A stretch of DNA of 63,048 nucleotides, counting the filler, from Reticulomyxa filosa (lineage: Eukaryota > Protista > Foraminifera), in NCBI GenBank assembly GCA_000512085.1. It is 13 parts of 13 records of this genome, joined end to end, with 100 filler letters (N's around TTAATTAATTAA, not from the genome) between each part and the next. Parts side by side here need not be neighbours in the genome. Positions count along the whole stretch, not along the records: positions 9,781 to 15,492 come from ASPP01018972.1; positions 15,593 to 18,043 come from ASPP01034366.1; positions 18,144 to 21,435 come from ASPP01015820.1; positions 21,536 to 31,758 come from ASPP01001054.1; 9 more parts are not named here. The stretch is one strand, 5' to 3'. Of the stretch, positions 12,042-23,960 are shown piece by piece. The notes under the pieces were generated by a model that did not search any database, was not told where the DNA came from, and saw only the letters and a program-made list of their open reading frames with translations. The translations under genes were made by a program, and so were the position numbers. Each line of letters begins with the position of its first letter. Position 1 is the stretch's first letter.

Positions 12042-12365
12042 TCATCTATTATATTTCATAATGATTCGATCAAAATCATCAATCCATCCTAGTTTTATCT
12101 TTAAAATTCGAATCCAATATTGAATAGCAAATTTTATTTCTTTTTTTGACTATCCATTATTTAATATTTATCAAATAGTTTCATATAATCAAATTCATTT
12201 GTTTCATCAAATAAATAAATAAACAAATCATAACCAACAGTAAAGAATCCCATTCACGCACTTTTGACTTCATGTGAGTTGATATTTTTTATTTTTATGA
12301 TCTTTTCCTCCAATAATGTGTATATGATTATCTCCATCGCTCAATATTGCAGCACATTCACATAC
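12042..12365 (-). pseudogene. 3' end of a Kelch-family gene including the terminal '[16 protein letters not shown]' exon
   Basis: The minus strand reads CAAILSDGDNHIHIIGGKDH...STHMKS..VREWDSLLL, intron, [35 protein letters not shown]. It is frameshifted. Confidence 0.7.
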
Positions 12366-12699
12366 TTGAAATTAGTTTTTTTTAACTAGTAAATTTTTTA
12401 TAGTATATATAAATTTTTAACTAGTTGAAAATTTCAATAAATCTTATATGACAATAAGTGTTTAAATTAATTTTTTGTTTTCATTTTCTTTTATCTGTTA
12501 AAAGAAGTAAATTGCGTTGAATATTTTATGATATTTCAACACTTCAAAACAAGACCAAGATATTCTGTTTAGAACCCTTCCAGTAATTCCAACTGACTAT
12601 CTACAGTGAATAACCAAAATTGTTTTCACAATAGTTGATTGATCTAGTCATACAACCTTTGATATTTATTTGTTTTTTTGATATTTTGAAGTTTAATTA

Positions 12700-13000
12700 A
12701 AATTTGAAATGTAGTCCTTCACTTGTGCTTGGTTGTTTCAATATCCCATATTCTAAAGATTATATACCATGATCCAGAACATAAATATCTGTCACCATTA
12801 AATGGTGAAAATTCAATGCTGCAATCACCTTCTGTTTGTCCATTGAATATTTTAATTTTGATTATGCTTGAAATTCCAAAAATAAATTTTGCTCTCCATG
12901 ATGAATGACAGATTACATTTTGACTATAATGTTGATAATGAAATAGTAAAATTTCACATATTCACAAGAATGTCTAATTTGTTTATCGCATCCAATTGAT
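12700..13000 (-). pseudogene. Degenerate WD40-repeat gene fragment
   Basis: The minus strand has IFNGQTEGDCSIEFSPFNGDRYLCSGSW...FRIWDIETTK, a WD40 blade with indels. Confidence 0.65.
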
Positions 13001-14468
13001 TCTCTGTATTTTCTTCATTTGACACTTCAAGAATAGTTTGCTGCTTATTATTTGGTGAATTGTTTGTATAAATCGGACAATCGTCGATAATTATGTTTCA
13101 TTTTAACAAATCACTCCAAAGTATGCTTTGATAATTCCATTTATAGTTGTAATATTGTATAACAATATTAAAAATAAAAAAGATCCATCATGATCTGGTT
13201 TATTTTATTTTTAGAAATTATTACATCATTCACCACCTCAACCTGTTTCCTTCGTCAGATGATGTTACATATTCATGTCTTGATGCTTGTAAAGCATGTA
13301 CATATAGTCCATTCCTTCCATTGAAAATTCAAGCTTGTCACAAATACTCGTGAATTCATTCTATTACTTAAATATATTTTGATAAAGATAAAAATTATGC
13401 ACACAATAATTCCGCTTAAACTAGAGACAATTGAATAAAGTTTTAAAATTTTAATAAATGCATGCGCTTGCAATGATTCCATTAGAATTATGAGCAAAAC
13501 AATTGAATAATGTCTTCTAATATTTAATCAATATGCATCCTATAAAAAAATTTTGTACTTTATTTTCTTTGCACCATGAAAAAGTGTTGCTAATTTCGAA
13601 TGTATTTTATTGTGGAAAATCGTCCAGTGCTGAATCTGGTTTTATAAAGCTTTTTGATCTCATACAGTTATACCGTGTAACCAATCGTTTGATATACTCG
13701 ACAGATGTGAAAAGATAGCATGTCAATGTTATAAATTAAAAGGGAGCATAAGACAACATCGGAAATCAAATTAAAAAGGATATTTGAGCCATTCTTTAGG
13801 AAGCTTACAGATATTCTAATGTACAGAGTATATTTTGTATTTTGACTGTAGTATTGGGTCATCTTTGAAAAAGATAGAATAGCGAGAAAAAGAGAAGAAT
13901 ACAATTACCACAGCATACAAAAAAGAACAACAGCAAATCTAGCAGAGACAATCATCTGTATTGTTTTTCCAAAGGAGAAAAAAGGGCTAAGGTTGACGTT
14001 TGCATAATATCTTGCTTCCGTACTCAGTTTATCACAATTAAACTATCTTCTTCTGCAGGACGTGCGAAAATCCCTAATTAAACAAAATTTCTAATAAAAA
14101 TGAACCAAGATAAAACGCAGGCAAGTAAAAAAAATTTCTGGAAAAAGTGTACTCATGACATATATGTGTTTTGGTGTGTAAAAAAAATTTTGCAAACAAC
14201 GAACCCCGCAATGCGACACGGTCCATCAATAAACAACTGGTATGAAACTGTGTACAAATGTTTAAGTGTTAACTTGTGAAAGAAGCTAAATTGTGACGGG
14301 GCAAAAAAAAACAAACAGATAATGGAAATTGTACTACTCTTTGTAGAAAAACCTCACACGTCAAGTCATTAGCCAGGAAGCACAATATGTTGGCTTCCGA
14401 AAAGAATCGCCAGTCCCTGCGAGTACAATGTCGTTCACAAAACAATTTGTGGTATGCTGTGAAATAAA

Positions 14469-15420
14469 ATGGAAGACTGTTTGGGTGGGAATGACGTATA
14501 CGTTTTGTGTTATTTGCTTGGTTGCGTGTGTGTGTGATTGTGTATGCAGTCTAATGACAGCAGAGAAGAAAACTTTGGCAATTTCAAAATGTCAGGATCG
14601 AAGGCATACACAATCCCAAGTACAGATATCACTGCCAGCCAATTTGGAAATTTAAAATTGGCTCCGATGAATGTAGAAGTGAAAGAAAACGAAAAACAAG
14701 AAGAAAAAGGAAAAATGACACAAACGGGTGCAACGGTTTGGGACGGGCCGTTGAGTCGATATAACACATTTGTGAGCACAAAAACGCCAGAGGAGTGTAT
14801 GAAAGGAATCGAGAAATCGGTAACCAAATTGGAACAAGACCAATGTGTTGACTGGGAAATTGAGGAGTATAACGCATTTGGGAGAATGTACCATGGATTA
14901 GATGTGAGTGAATTCCTTATCAATGTGTACAAAAGCAGTGACAATCAATACAAATCGGTAATTGAAATTCGTCGCTCGAGTGGAGACACATTTGTGCACG
15001 ACGAGTTTTTCCGTCAAATAGCCAAATCTTTGGAAGACGAAGGCATATTGGAACATAAAGACGACGATCCCAAAGTCGATTTCAGCTTATCGTTGACATT
15101 GGAACCCCTTTCTTTGGATAGTCTGACGCAATTGGACACAAGCCTTTTCCAAGACTTGACTTGCAATGACGCTATGAGCGGCGACGAAACGAGCATTAGC
15201 GACCTCACTGACACAACGTCCACTGAACAATTGGGAGATGAGTTGATCGATGTCGTCACAGACAGGACTTCGTATCAAGACGTATTTCGACATTCCTCAG
15301 GAGTGTTATGTCAGGAATTGAAAACAAATTCCCAATTGTTACTGTATGTCACCACTCAAAAAATATTCTTGAGAGATTGCTTAAACCTTTGGCCGACGAT
15401 TTTTATGACACTTTGATTGT
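14469..15420 (+). CDS. Protein with KA1-like domain and acidic C-terminal region (3' truncated)
   Basis: Exon 14469-14495 (MEDCLGGND), GT-AG intron 14496-14549, then a long in-frame exon. FLINVYK...VIEIRRSSGDTFVHDEFFRQI fits the KA1 C-terminal pattern (v.f.R..GD...f..f...l). No kinase domain is seen. Confidence 0.55.
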
Positions 15421-15592
15421 TAAGTCTTTTGCTTCCCTTAAATCTTTTTTTTTTTTTTTTTTTTGCCCGTGCTGCAAAAAAAAAAAAAAAAANNNNNNNN
15501 NNNNNNNNNNNNNNNNNNNNNNNNNNNNNNNNNNNNTTAATTAATTAANNNNNNNNNNNNNNNNNNNNNNNNNNNNNNNNNNNNNNNNNNNN

Positions 15593-16984
15593 TTCCAATA
15601 TTGATGGTATGGCGTCCAGGAGTTTTCTTTTTTTTTTTTTTTTTTATGAACTTTACTGACCAAATCAATCCACTCCTTGCCAATGGTTCCTTCTTTGGGT
15701 CGTGGACGCCACTGCATTTTCGCTAGTGGTCGCACTTGTAGCAGACACTTTTTAGCATTCGAGAGAGCACCAAAAAAAAAAAAATTTAAATTTGTATTTG
15801 TAATACAGACAAGGTAGATAACTTGAATAGCAGCGTTCAAATAACAAGTGTTACCTAAATTTTGGAGTCCAACTATTCCCCGATCGGAGCCCGTTGCTTT
15901 GGGTAATGGACGTGAAGTTTTTTGGAGTGTTTTATCGTTATGCGTACATTTTTCGTCGGACTCTTTCACTTCAATTGCTTTGTTTTCATCTATTCAAAAA
16001 CAAATACAAAGCAAAACAATAGCCCACACGAACACAGATACAAAGTACCTTTTGTAATACATACCGCTTTGTTTTCGAGTAGGATTATCTTGTTCACGTT
16101 CGTCCATAACTACATCCCCATCTTGTTCACATTTTTTTTTATCTTTGTGGTCGTCGTGTTGTAGCATGGCAAATTCTTTTTTAAGTGCTTCTAAACTTTT
16201 CTGAATTTGAGCCCGAGCAACTCCATTTTCCACTTTAACCTGCCAAGTGCTGGCCTTCCATTGTAATATTTTCGCACCATTGAATTGGCTGTTTTCATTT
16301 TTCATCCAACGATTTATTTCTTTTCTTGCTATTGGCGTCAGTGTTTTTGCCCAAGCTATTCAAAAAAAAGCATCCCTTTTTTTTTTTTTTGTTTTCTATT
16401 TTTAAAAGAAATAGAGTTTTAATCCTTCCATCAATACACAGTTAAAAAAATAATAATTTTTTTTTTTTGCAAACCTTGAATTTCTTTTTTTTCCCACTTG
16501 GTAATAGGGACGTTGCGAAACTCAGAGCAAGTACTAGATTTCTTGTATTGTTCTTCGTCTGACTTTGACATATCGGATGTGTCTTTTTTTTATTATGTTG
16601 GATGCTTTGCGGCTACGTTTAATTAATTTTGAGGGAAAAAAAACACCACTTACCTGTTGTATCTTTAACATCCTGCTTTTGGTCAAGGTCGATCTTCATT
16701 TCCTTTTCCTCTTTTATGGAGTCGTTGTCAGTACACGCTCTATCTTTTTCGTTTTCTGATTGGCCACATATTTGCACAGTTTCGTTTGATTCTGCTACAA
16801 GGTTGGAAGAGTCTATTTTTTAAAAAAAATAAATACAATTTTCAATGTGCGTAGGCGTACTTCAGGAGTACATGTAAATGCACTTGTGAGTAACGTACAA
16901 AAAAGAAACCAAACTTGTCGTGTTTGGCTCACTACAATTTAACGCGCTCGTTTCCTTAATCACTATTTGGAGTTCCGATGACAT
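15593..16984 (-). CDS. Ubiquitin-specific protease (peptidase C19), 5' part, multi-exon
   Basis: Cys-box GIVGLQNLGNTCYLNAAIQ at about 15825-15880. Upstream exons lead to a putative ATG at 16984. Truncated at the contig end. Confidence 0.85.
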
Positions 16985-17378
16985 TGGCAAACAACTAAAA
17001 TAATTACGATACTTTTTCTGTGGAAACTTTCTTCAGAAAAAAAAACAAACTTTTTTGTGAACCTCTCACTTTTTTTTTTTGAGTGCACTACACAAACTGC
17101 AGTCAAAATATTAGCCTACTAATAAAATGAAATTGTCACCAGTAAGACATCTCTTTCTGCTAGGATTTGCACATTTTTTTAGACGGACAAAAAATTGTGT
17201 ATACTCTCGAAAATATTGTCAACTTGGTTTAATTTGGTCAAAGAAGGGCCAAGAAATGCTGTATTTATGAACTTGACGAAGTGCAAGGGGGAATGGAGGC
17301 AATAAAAAAAAAGTTTTTGTTTACGGTCTTGTCGTTTTTTTTTTAAATTCTAAAAACATTTATTTTCCAAAAAGTGCC

Positions 17379-18043
17379 ATGGAGAACTGGACCGTTGAGC
17401 AAGTTGCCGGTATTATTGACCTTTTTTTTTACTGACTCAGTCCTTAAACCTACAAACAAAAAAAAAGCTTGGGCAAAGGCTCTAGTTCCACCGATGTACC
17501 AATTGAAAGTGGTGGAAAAATTCAAAGAAAATAAGCTTGATGGCAAGACATTCATAAGCGCCATATCGGTGATGGAGGATATAACAGGGCTTGGCATTTC
17601 CAAAATTGCAGCTGCAAAGATCTTCAACGCCTATTGTGAGACCTGTTCGACAAAGATACAAAAGAGCATAGAAAAAAATGGCCAAAACTGGAGCTATAGC
17701 ATAAGCAACCTTGATTTTGTATGCTATGTGACAGGCGGTCCAACAACAAAACAGATAACAGTCAAAAAGACAATGACTGTGGAGCATATAAGAATGATGA
17801 TAAATGATAAGTTGGGCTTAACCAACGATACGTACACGTTGACAGGTCACGGAATTGCTTTGGCGGACTCTGGTGTTACGTATACTTTTATTTTATTTTT
17901 AGTAGTTTATTTGTCCTTTTTTGTGTGTTCGCTTATGCGGGATGGGATACAGAAAACATTGGAAAAGTATGGTATTGTTGAATCGACGACTTTTTCATAC
18001 GTAATGAAAACATATGGAGGAGCAAGTGTTGCTTGTAGTTTGT
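17379..18043 (+). CDS. SAM domain plus ubiquitin-like domain protein (3' truncated)
   Basis: Spliced MENWTVEQVAAWAKAL...EKFKENKLDGKTF...GLGIS matches a SAM domain. QITVKKTMTVEHIRMMINDKLGL...LADSG|KTLEKYGIVESTTFSYVMKTYGG matches a ubiquitin fold ending in GG. Confidence 0.75.
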
Positions 18044-18143
18044 NNNNNNNNNNNNNNNNNNNNNNNNNNNNNNNNNNNNNNNNNNNNTTAATTAATTAAN
18101 NNNNNNNNNNNNNNNNNNNNNNNNNNNNNNNNNNNNNNNNNNN

Positions 18144-18712
18144 AAATCAATCATCTCTATAAGGTACCGTTTTAGGTGTCAACTTTATTTTGCATTCTAC
18201 TGTATTTTTAAAAAAGTATCTATGTGACTTGAAGATTCCTAAAATGAAAACAAAAAGATTTAAAAATTTCTTTTTTTCGACACAGGTTCAATTTATAAAC
18301 TACTTCGAAATTTTTAAAAATCATTTAAAAAAATCATATTTTTGATCAACCTAAAAAAACTTATCATGAAACCAATTTCTTATTTAAAAACTACAAGGTT
18401 ATTAGATATTTAAAAAAAAAATTAGGTTTAAATCTTTATTTTTCATGGAGAAAATCGATTCTCTTCATATAGTGCTATTTAGATATGGCAGTTTTTTGCA
18501 ATCTACTGTATCTAATCTTCGTGCTGAAATTGAAAATTGAAAGCAGCTATTTACAATTGAACTCATTTGTAAATAAAATGATGCTACAGAGAATGCAAAA
18601 GAAAGTTGACAAATAAGACGGCACCTTATAGAGATGATCGATTTTCTTCATGAAAAAACAACATCAGATTTAAGTTTTTTTTGAAAAATATCAATGAATC
18701 GTGTAGTTTTTG
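18144..18712. repeat. Imperfect foldback/inverted repeat cluster
   Basis: 18144-18204 is the reverse complement of 18585-18645 (ATCATCTCTATAAGGT.CCGT.TTA..TGTCAACTTT.TTTTGCATTCT). 18386-18510 also pairs with 18585-18711. Confidence 0.8.
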
Positions 18713-18846
18713 AATATGTCTTGAATTTAGTTTTTATTAAATCTTTAATAATTGTTTCAAAAATTTAAATTAACTTTTTTGACATAATTTTTGTTTTAAT
18801 AAAGAATTGCTTACTTTTTGTGGAGTGTCTACTGTAGAGAGCTACT

Positions 18847-19559
18847 CTAAATGTAATACGAAAAGGTTTTATTCGAATTGATAGTGGCTTTCAGTAAAAC
18901 AAAGTAAATTAAATAACCAAAATGAATAACTCAATAAGTAAAAAAGAAAGACAAAAACAAGAAGTGAAGAAAGTTTTGGAGAAGTTTAACCCAACGGGTT
19001 CCTCAGTTCCATAAGAGTTCGGCCATGTGTAATAGGGGCTTGCCCTACTTTTTAAGTTTTGACAATTTCTTTGAAATTTTTGCTAGTTTTTTTGTTTTTT
19101 GACTGCGTTTGCATTTTTTTTGGTATTAATATTTTTTTTTTACATTGTAAATTTTATTAAAACTATTGCTTATGTTTTTTTTTAATCTCTAAAATGATCA
19201 CAATAACCAAAATGATATTTATTTTTGGAAAATAATTTTTGAAAATTCTTGCTTACTTATTTTTATCTCGTTTATTATTGCCAGTAGCATTTGAGCAAAG
19301 ATAGATTATGTAAAAAAATAATTAATCATTAAATTACAAGCCGAAAATTGACATTAAATGATAAAAACAAAAAGTCATGTAGGGCAAGTCCCTACAATGA
19401 TGGCTGAACTCTGAAGGATTTGAGGGCCGCAGTGGGTTAAACTTCTACACCAACTTTCTTCACTCTTTGTTTATTTTTCTTTCTTTTATTGTGTTATTCA
19501 TCTTTTATTTAATTTACCTTTGTTTTATCGAAAACGATCTCTTTTCGTATTACATTTAG
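18847..19559. mobile_element. Long inverted repeat element (arms about 200 bp; MITE/foldback-like)
   Basis: Arm 18847-19048 is the diverged reverse complement of 19379-19559 (CTAAATGTAATACGAAAAG...GTGAAGAAAGTT...AGAAGTTTAACCCA...CTTGCCCTAC). The spacer is about 330 bp, AT-rich and non-coding. Confidence 0.75.
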
Positions 19560-19823
19560 TGCCGTCTCTTATCAGCGCGTCCCAGTCAAAAAAATCATTT
19601 AAATAACATTCTGAACTTGTTTTTAATGCATTTTTCAACAAATTTTTGTTTATGTCCATTACGAAATCTTGTTATTTTTTTTAGATTAATGCAACACATT
19701 TATTATGAAATATTTTTTGAAATACTTAAAAAAAAGTTGCCAAATTTCATAGTTAAACAAAAATTAATACGAACCCAATGCAAAAACTAGGGTCATATTT
19801 TGTCTTATCCACTTAAAAATTGA

Positions 19824-21435
19824 TTATTCTTTTTCAAAACATTCATTTCTCAAATATTTGATGATGTCAGATCTCCTCAAACGGCTAGCAGCATCAAAAG
19901 GTTTTTCCTTCATCTATAAATTTTCACACATTCGCAGACATTGACAACATTTTAATTGTTATTATACACCACAAACAACATTATACACTACCTTATTTTT
20001 CTGGTCCAACAACTCCTTCCATACGGTTAGAGGCATTTGTTCTTGCAAGCACTTCAAATTGCCAAATGCATTTATGTTTTCGCTCGACACAACCAGATGT
20101 ATCATATTTAGACCTTCCAAGCCATTAAAATTATCCTATTCAATCATACATTCAAACAAACAAATCCATTCACATCAATATGAAGAGATCTTATAAACAG
20201 ACAAACATTTGTCGTGATCTTCCAAAAATCTAGGTTTTTGTTGTTCTTTGTTATTAGCAAAGACATAATGTCTTCATTCATTTCAGGAGATTTCCATAGC
20301 GCGAACATCAAAGGCGTTCGGCCATACTAAATGTGTATTTACAATTGAATTATTCTTTATGTAATTATGCATTAAAATCAAAACAACACAAAAAAAAAGC
20401 ACACATTACACTTTATTTCTTTCCTTTAGCTCAACTTCGTCAGGTGTGACAACAAGATTCTCCCAAGATTCATCAGGCACATATTCCTTCATCAGCCTTA
20501 ATCGTTCTTCTACATTTGGTAAAGCATTTTCGAACATTAAGTGCAATATATTTTTCCCAATCTATTTTTATTATTATTGAAATAGATTTATTTATACATC
20601 ATATTTGAAACACAAAAAGAAATTCCTCAAAAAAAGTGTTAACTCCATATTTATTACACTTGCATTCCCAAAACGTATAGTTCTCTTTGAAATCTTTTGG
20701 AATAAGTACTTGTATGATATTGTCATTCAATTCTGATTGATGTGTTAATGCATTCATTAATGGAGTCAATCCTTGCTATTTTTCCAAACAAACTAATTCT
20801 GTATATTTTCAACACATTCAAATCCATATATGTTGATATATACATTGTGTGTATAACACACATTAATGTCTTGGATTTCGATAAACTTTTGCCAATTGTC
20901 TTTATCAATCTCTGCTTTCAGCCAGTTCAAGAGCTCCAAAACATTGACATTCGTATTTCGGACAGCAAGACCGATGCAAGACTGCTTTTTCTGTAACGAA
21001 TATCGAAACAAAGCATTTGGTTATTTCATTTGTTATATATGCATATATGTTATACATTCGTTTCTTAACGTTGTTTAATGAATTCCATACACTATATTTG
21101 CTCTTTTCATTGGAAGGAACGAAGAGTTTTATGCATTCAATAGATCTTTGCTTGGATACGGCATACATTAAAGGGTATGTACCATTCTCATCCGCTGTGA
21201 TGAGTTGAGATTGAACAAACTCGTCAGAAAAAAAGTCACCGTTGTAAAAAAGCAGATTGGCATAATCATAGGTAACGTTGGAATTGTTAGCCATCTGCGA
21301 TATGAAATTTTCACCGTTAGGACCGAGCGAGTGAATGAACGATGAATGGCGGAACTTATTGGGGAAATAAAACATAAGATTGGCCATGTCTCTGCGATTG
21401 AATGAGGCAATTTGCAATTGCTTGTCGAATGGCAA
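19824..21435 (-). CDS. Ankyrin-like repeat protein, 3' part, multi-exon
   Basis: Exons encode DENGTYPLMYAVSKQRSIECIKLFV, YGRTPLMFALWK and GLNMIHLVVSS, ending KPFDAASRLRRSDIIKYLRNECFEKE* (stop at 19824-19826). Confidence 0.65.
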
Positions 21436-22521
21436 NNNNNNNNNNNNNNNNNNNNNNNNNNNNNNNNNNNNNNNNNNNNTTAATTAATTAANNNNNNNNN
21501 NNNNNNNNNNNNNNNNNNNNNNNNNNNNNNNNNNNCCTTAAGTGTTATTAATTGATAAATAACCTTTAAATTTCAATTTCTTAATACCTACAATAGAATT
21601 CCAATATAATTTCCAATAGAAATTTCAATAAGAAAATAACAAAATTCTATTAAAATCAAGTAAAAAATCTTCCCAAATAACAAATTTGTAATATCTATTT
21701 GATTTTCCAATGACCCTCTTCAAGGGTTTTAAATAAATCTTCCAATTTATTAATTTAAATAATTGTATCAAAAATAACGAATTTTCTTGATAATCTCCAA
21801 TACTGATATCCAAAATAAACTTCAGATCTTAGAAGATGTCGATGTATCTTGGCTTGTCCACCTAAATCCCTTCCAAAAAAACAACTTTTTCAGCAAGTTG
21901 AAAATGATGATGAATGTGGATATATATAATTTTTTTTTTTTTTACCAACCAAAGAGACAACATGGTATCTTAAAGGACAGTTAATTCATCAAAATTTTGA
22001 GTGTAGTCCTCTATTTCCACGTTTGAGTGGGTTTCCAAGATGTTGAGGCAAAAAAAACACATTTCAATTTTTTTTCTGTTTTCGTAATTGGCCCGCACTC
22101 AGATGCCTTGGCTTTCTCGCGCTCAGTTTCCGGAAGCCTTTGGCTTCCGCCCATTTTGAAATTTTACTTTCATTTTGACAACGCATTCTTGTTTCTCAAT
22201 CCAAGAAACTTAATCACCGATGTTGCTGATTTAAGTTCTTTGAGTGACTACAATCGTTGGCGTATATAATGCAACTTTAAATGTTGAAGATTTATTCTTT
22301 GCTTTCTTCGCAATGTCATCCGTTAATCCACTATCTGGCTTCTTTCGTTTTGTGGCTGTTCGTCTTGTGAATTTGTGTCAACTCCATATCTATTTCCATT
22401 TCCAATGCTACCATTTATTTTACTAGTGGCAGTCAACACGTCTGCTTGCTTACCATTAGATTAGATTCTTGACCCAACTTTTAAGAAAAGTTAATGTTAA
22501 TGATAAATATCAAATTTTTTT

Positions 22522-22780
22522 TTGCCTATTGCATTGTTATCTGAGTTGGAAACTGATTAAAAGAATTGTTACAATGAGACTGATGTGGTATTTGAATGAG
22601 CATCAGATGCTGCACAACACTTCAGAGTTGTTGAGATTGACTGAATCAATTTATTCGTCATTCGATAACAATTGAGTATCATATGCAGTGCTGTCTGACA
22701 TTTCATCAGCACACAACAGTGTGGATTGATTGAGATAAGAAAAATGTGTTTGTGGTTGGACAGTTTCCTCAAGGACAGAA
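22522..22780 (+). mobile_element. Degenerate LINE reverse transcriptase fragment
   Basis: LPIALLS..KLIKRIVTMRLMWYLNEHQML..TSELLRLTESIYSSFDNN*VSYAVLSDISSAHNSV corresponds to RT subdomains 1-3 (YRPIALL...KLxERI...LDIxxAYD). Confidence 0.8.
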
Positions 22781-22869
22781 CAATTCCTTTATGTGAATAC
22801 AGAAATGTCAAATAACCAATTTTCTTTAATGCTTTTCCATAGATAATACTTGATTGATCTGTTTATTAT

Positions 22870-23960
22870 TCAATGTCTTTGCATACTTGACTTTGTTTTT
22901 CTTTTAAATGTAACTGATTGTGTTGGGACCAATAATAATTTCCATTTGGATGCTCACAAAAATATATAATCCAAACTGTTCTCTTTTCATTTGTCTTCAT
23001 TACTGGTGTAAATGGATGTGGTACTCCAGCACTGAATTTTTTAACACTTGAATTCATACCACTTGTCCAAATCTGTTATCCACCAATACAACCTTCCTTT
23101 TATTCCAAATTCTCTTTTCATTTCATATCTCCATACATTATCATGTGTAGATGATATATCCAATAACACATCATATGTCACACCATTGTGATCGAATGAA
23201 GGATAGATTGATTATGTTAATCTCAATAATAATTCCGAAGTGTGTCCCAAGATTGGAATCCTGCTTGAATTTGATGCAATAGATTGTGTTCGCCATATCA
23301 ATCTCATTGCAATGATTCTTTCCAATAGTTTTCCAACAATGCAATTGGTAGATAATTCTTGAACATGCTATGGTCTCTATCTGGCTTCAATATTGTAACA
23401 ATATTCGCTTTTTTTCATAATTTGGGCATTTCTAAAACTCCAATCAAATAATAATACAAATGAATCAATTGATAATATTCTTCTATTTCACTTGAGAAAT
23501 CAGGATGTGATGGTGAGTAAACTATGATACCAATAATTCCACTTCTCAATATCTGTTCTTGCTGTTTGATCATTTGAGACAATGTCTCGTACATTCTTGA
23601 GCATAATAATCCTGTTTATTTCTGGATTTGTTGTTGTTTCCTTTCTTTTTTGTTTCTGCTTTTCAACATATCCAAAATTGTATATAGAGCATTTCGGAGT
23701 TCTTTGCTTCTTTTTTTGATCTTCTTTTCCATTTTTATCAACTTTTTTTTCACTTTATTGTCGCATTTCATTAAAATGATTTGCAATTTTCTCCAAATAT
23801 TGTCGTGACATTGAAGTTTGAAAATGCACAAATCAGTCTTCCAAGTCATTGAGAATTTATTTGCTTTAATTGCCGCTGTCAATGTCTTCAAATATCTTCA
23901 ATATCGATGTTTGTGATTTCAATGAATGTCCATTAACAGGACCAATGTTGGGTAATTATT
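22870..23960 (-). mobile_element. Degenerate non-LTR retrotransposon ORF2 (RT and upstream linker/endonuclease end)
   Basis: The minus strand has KKANIVTILKPDRDHSMFKNYLPIAL, GKLLERIIAMRLIW, QAGFQSW, GVTYDVLLDISSTHDNVW, FGIKGRLYWWI and FSAGVPHP (degenerate GVPQG). Many stops and indels. Confidence 0.85.

Noticed and set aside
21540-22380. Possible LINE endonuclease/ORF1 remnant on the minus strand (FVIWEDF resembling GDFN)
   Set aside because: Too degenerate to support by eye; needs a translated HMM search.
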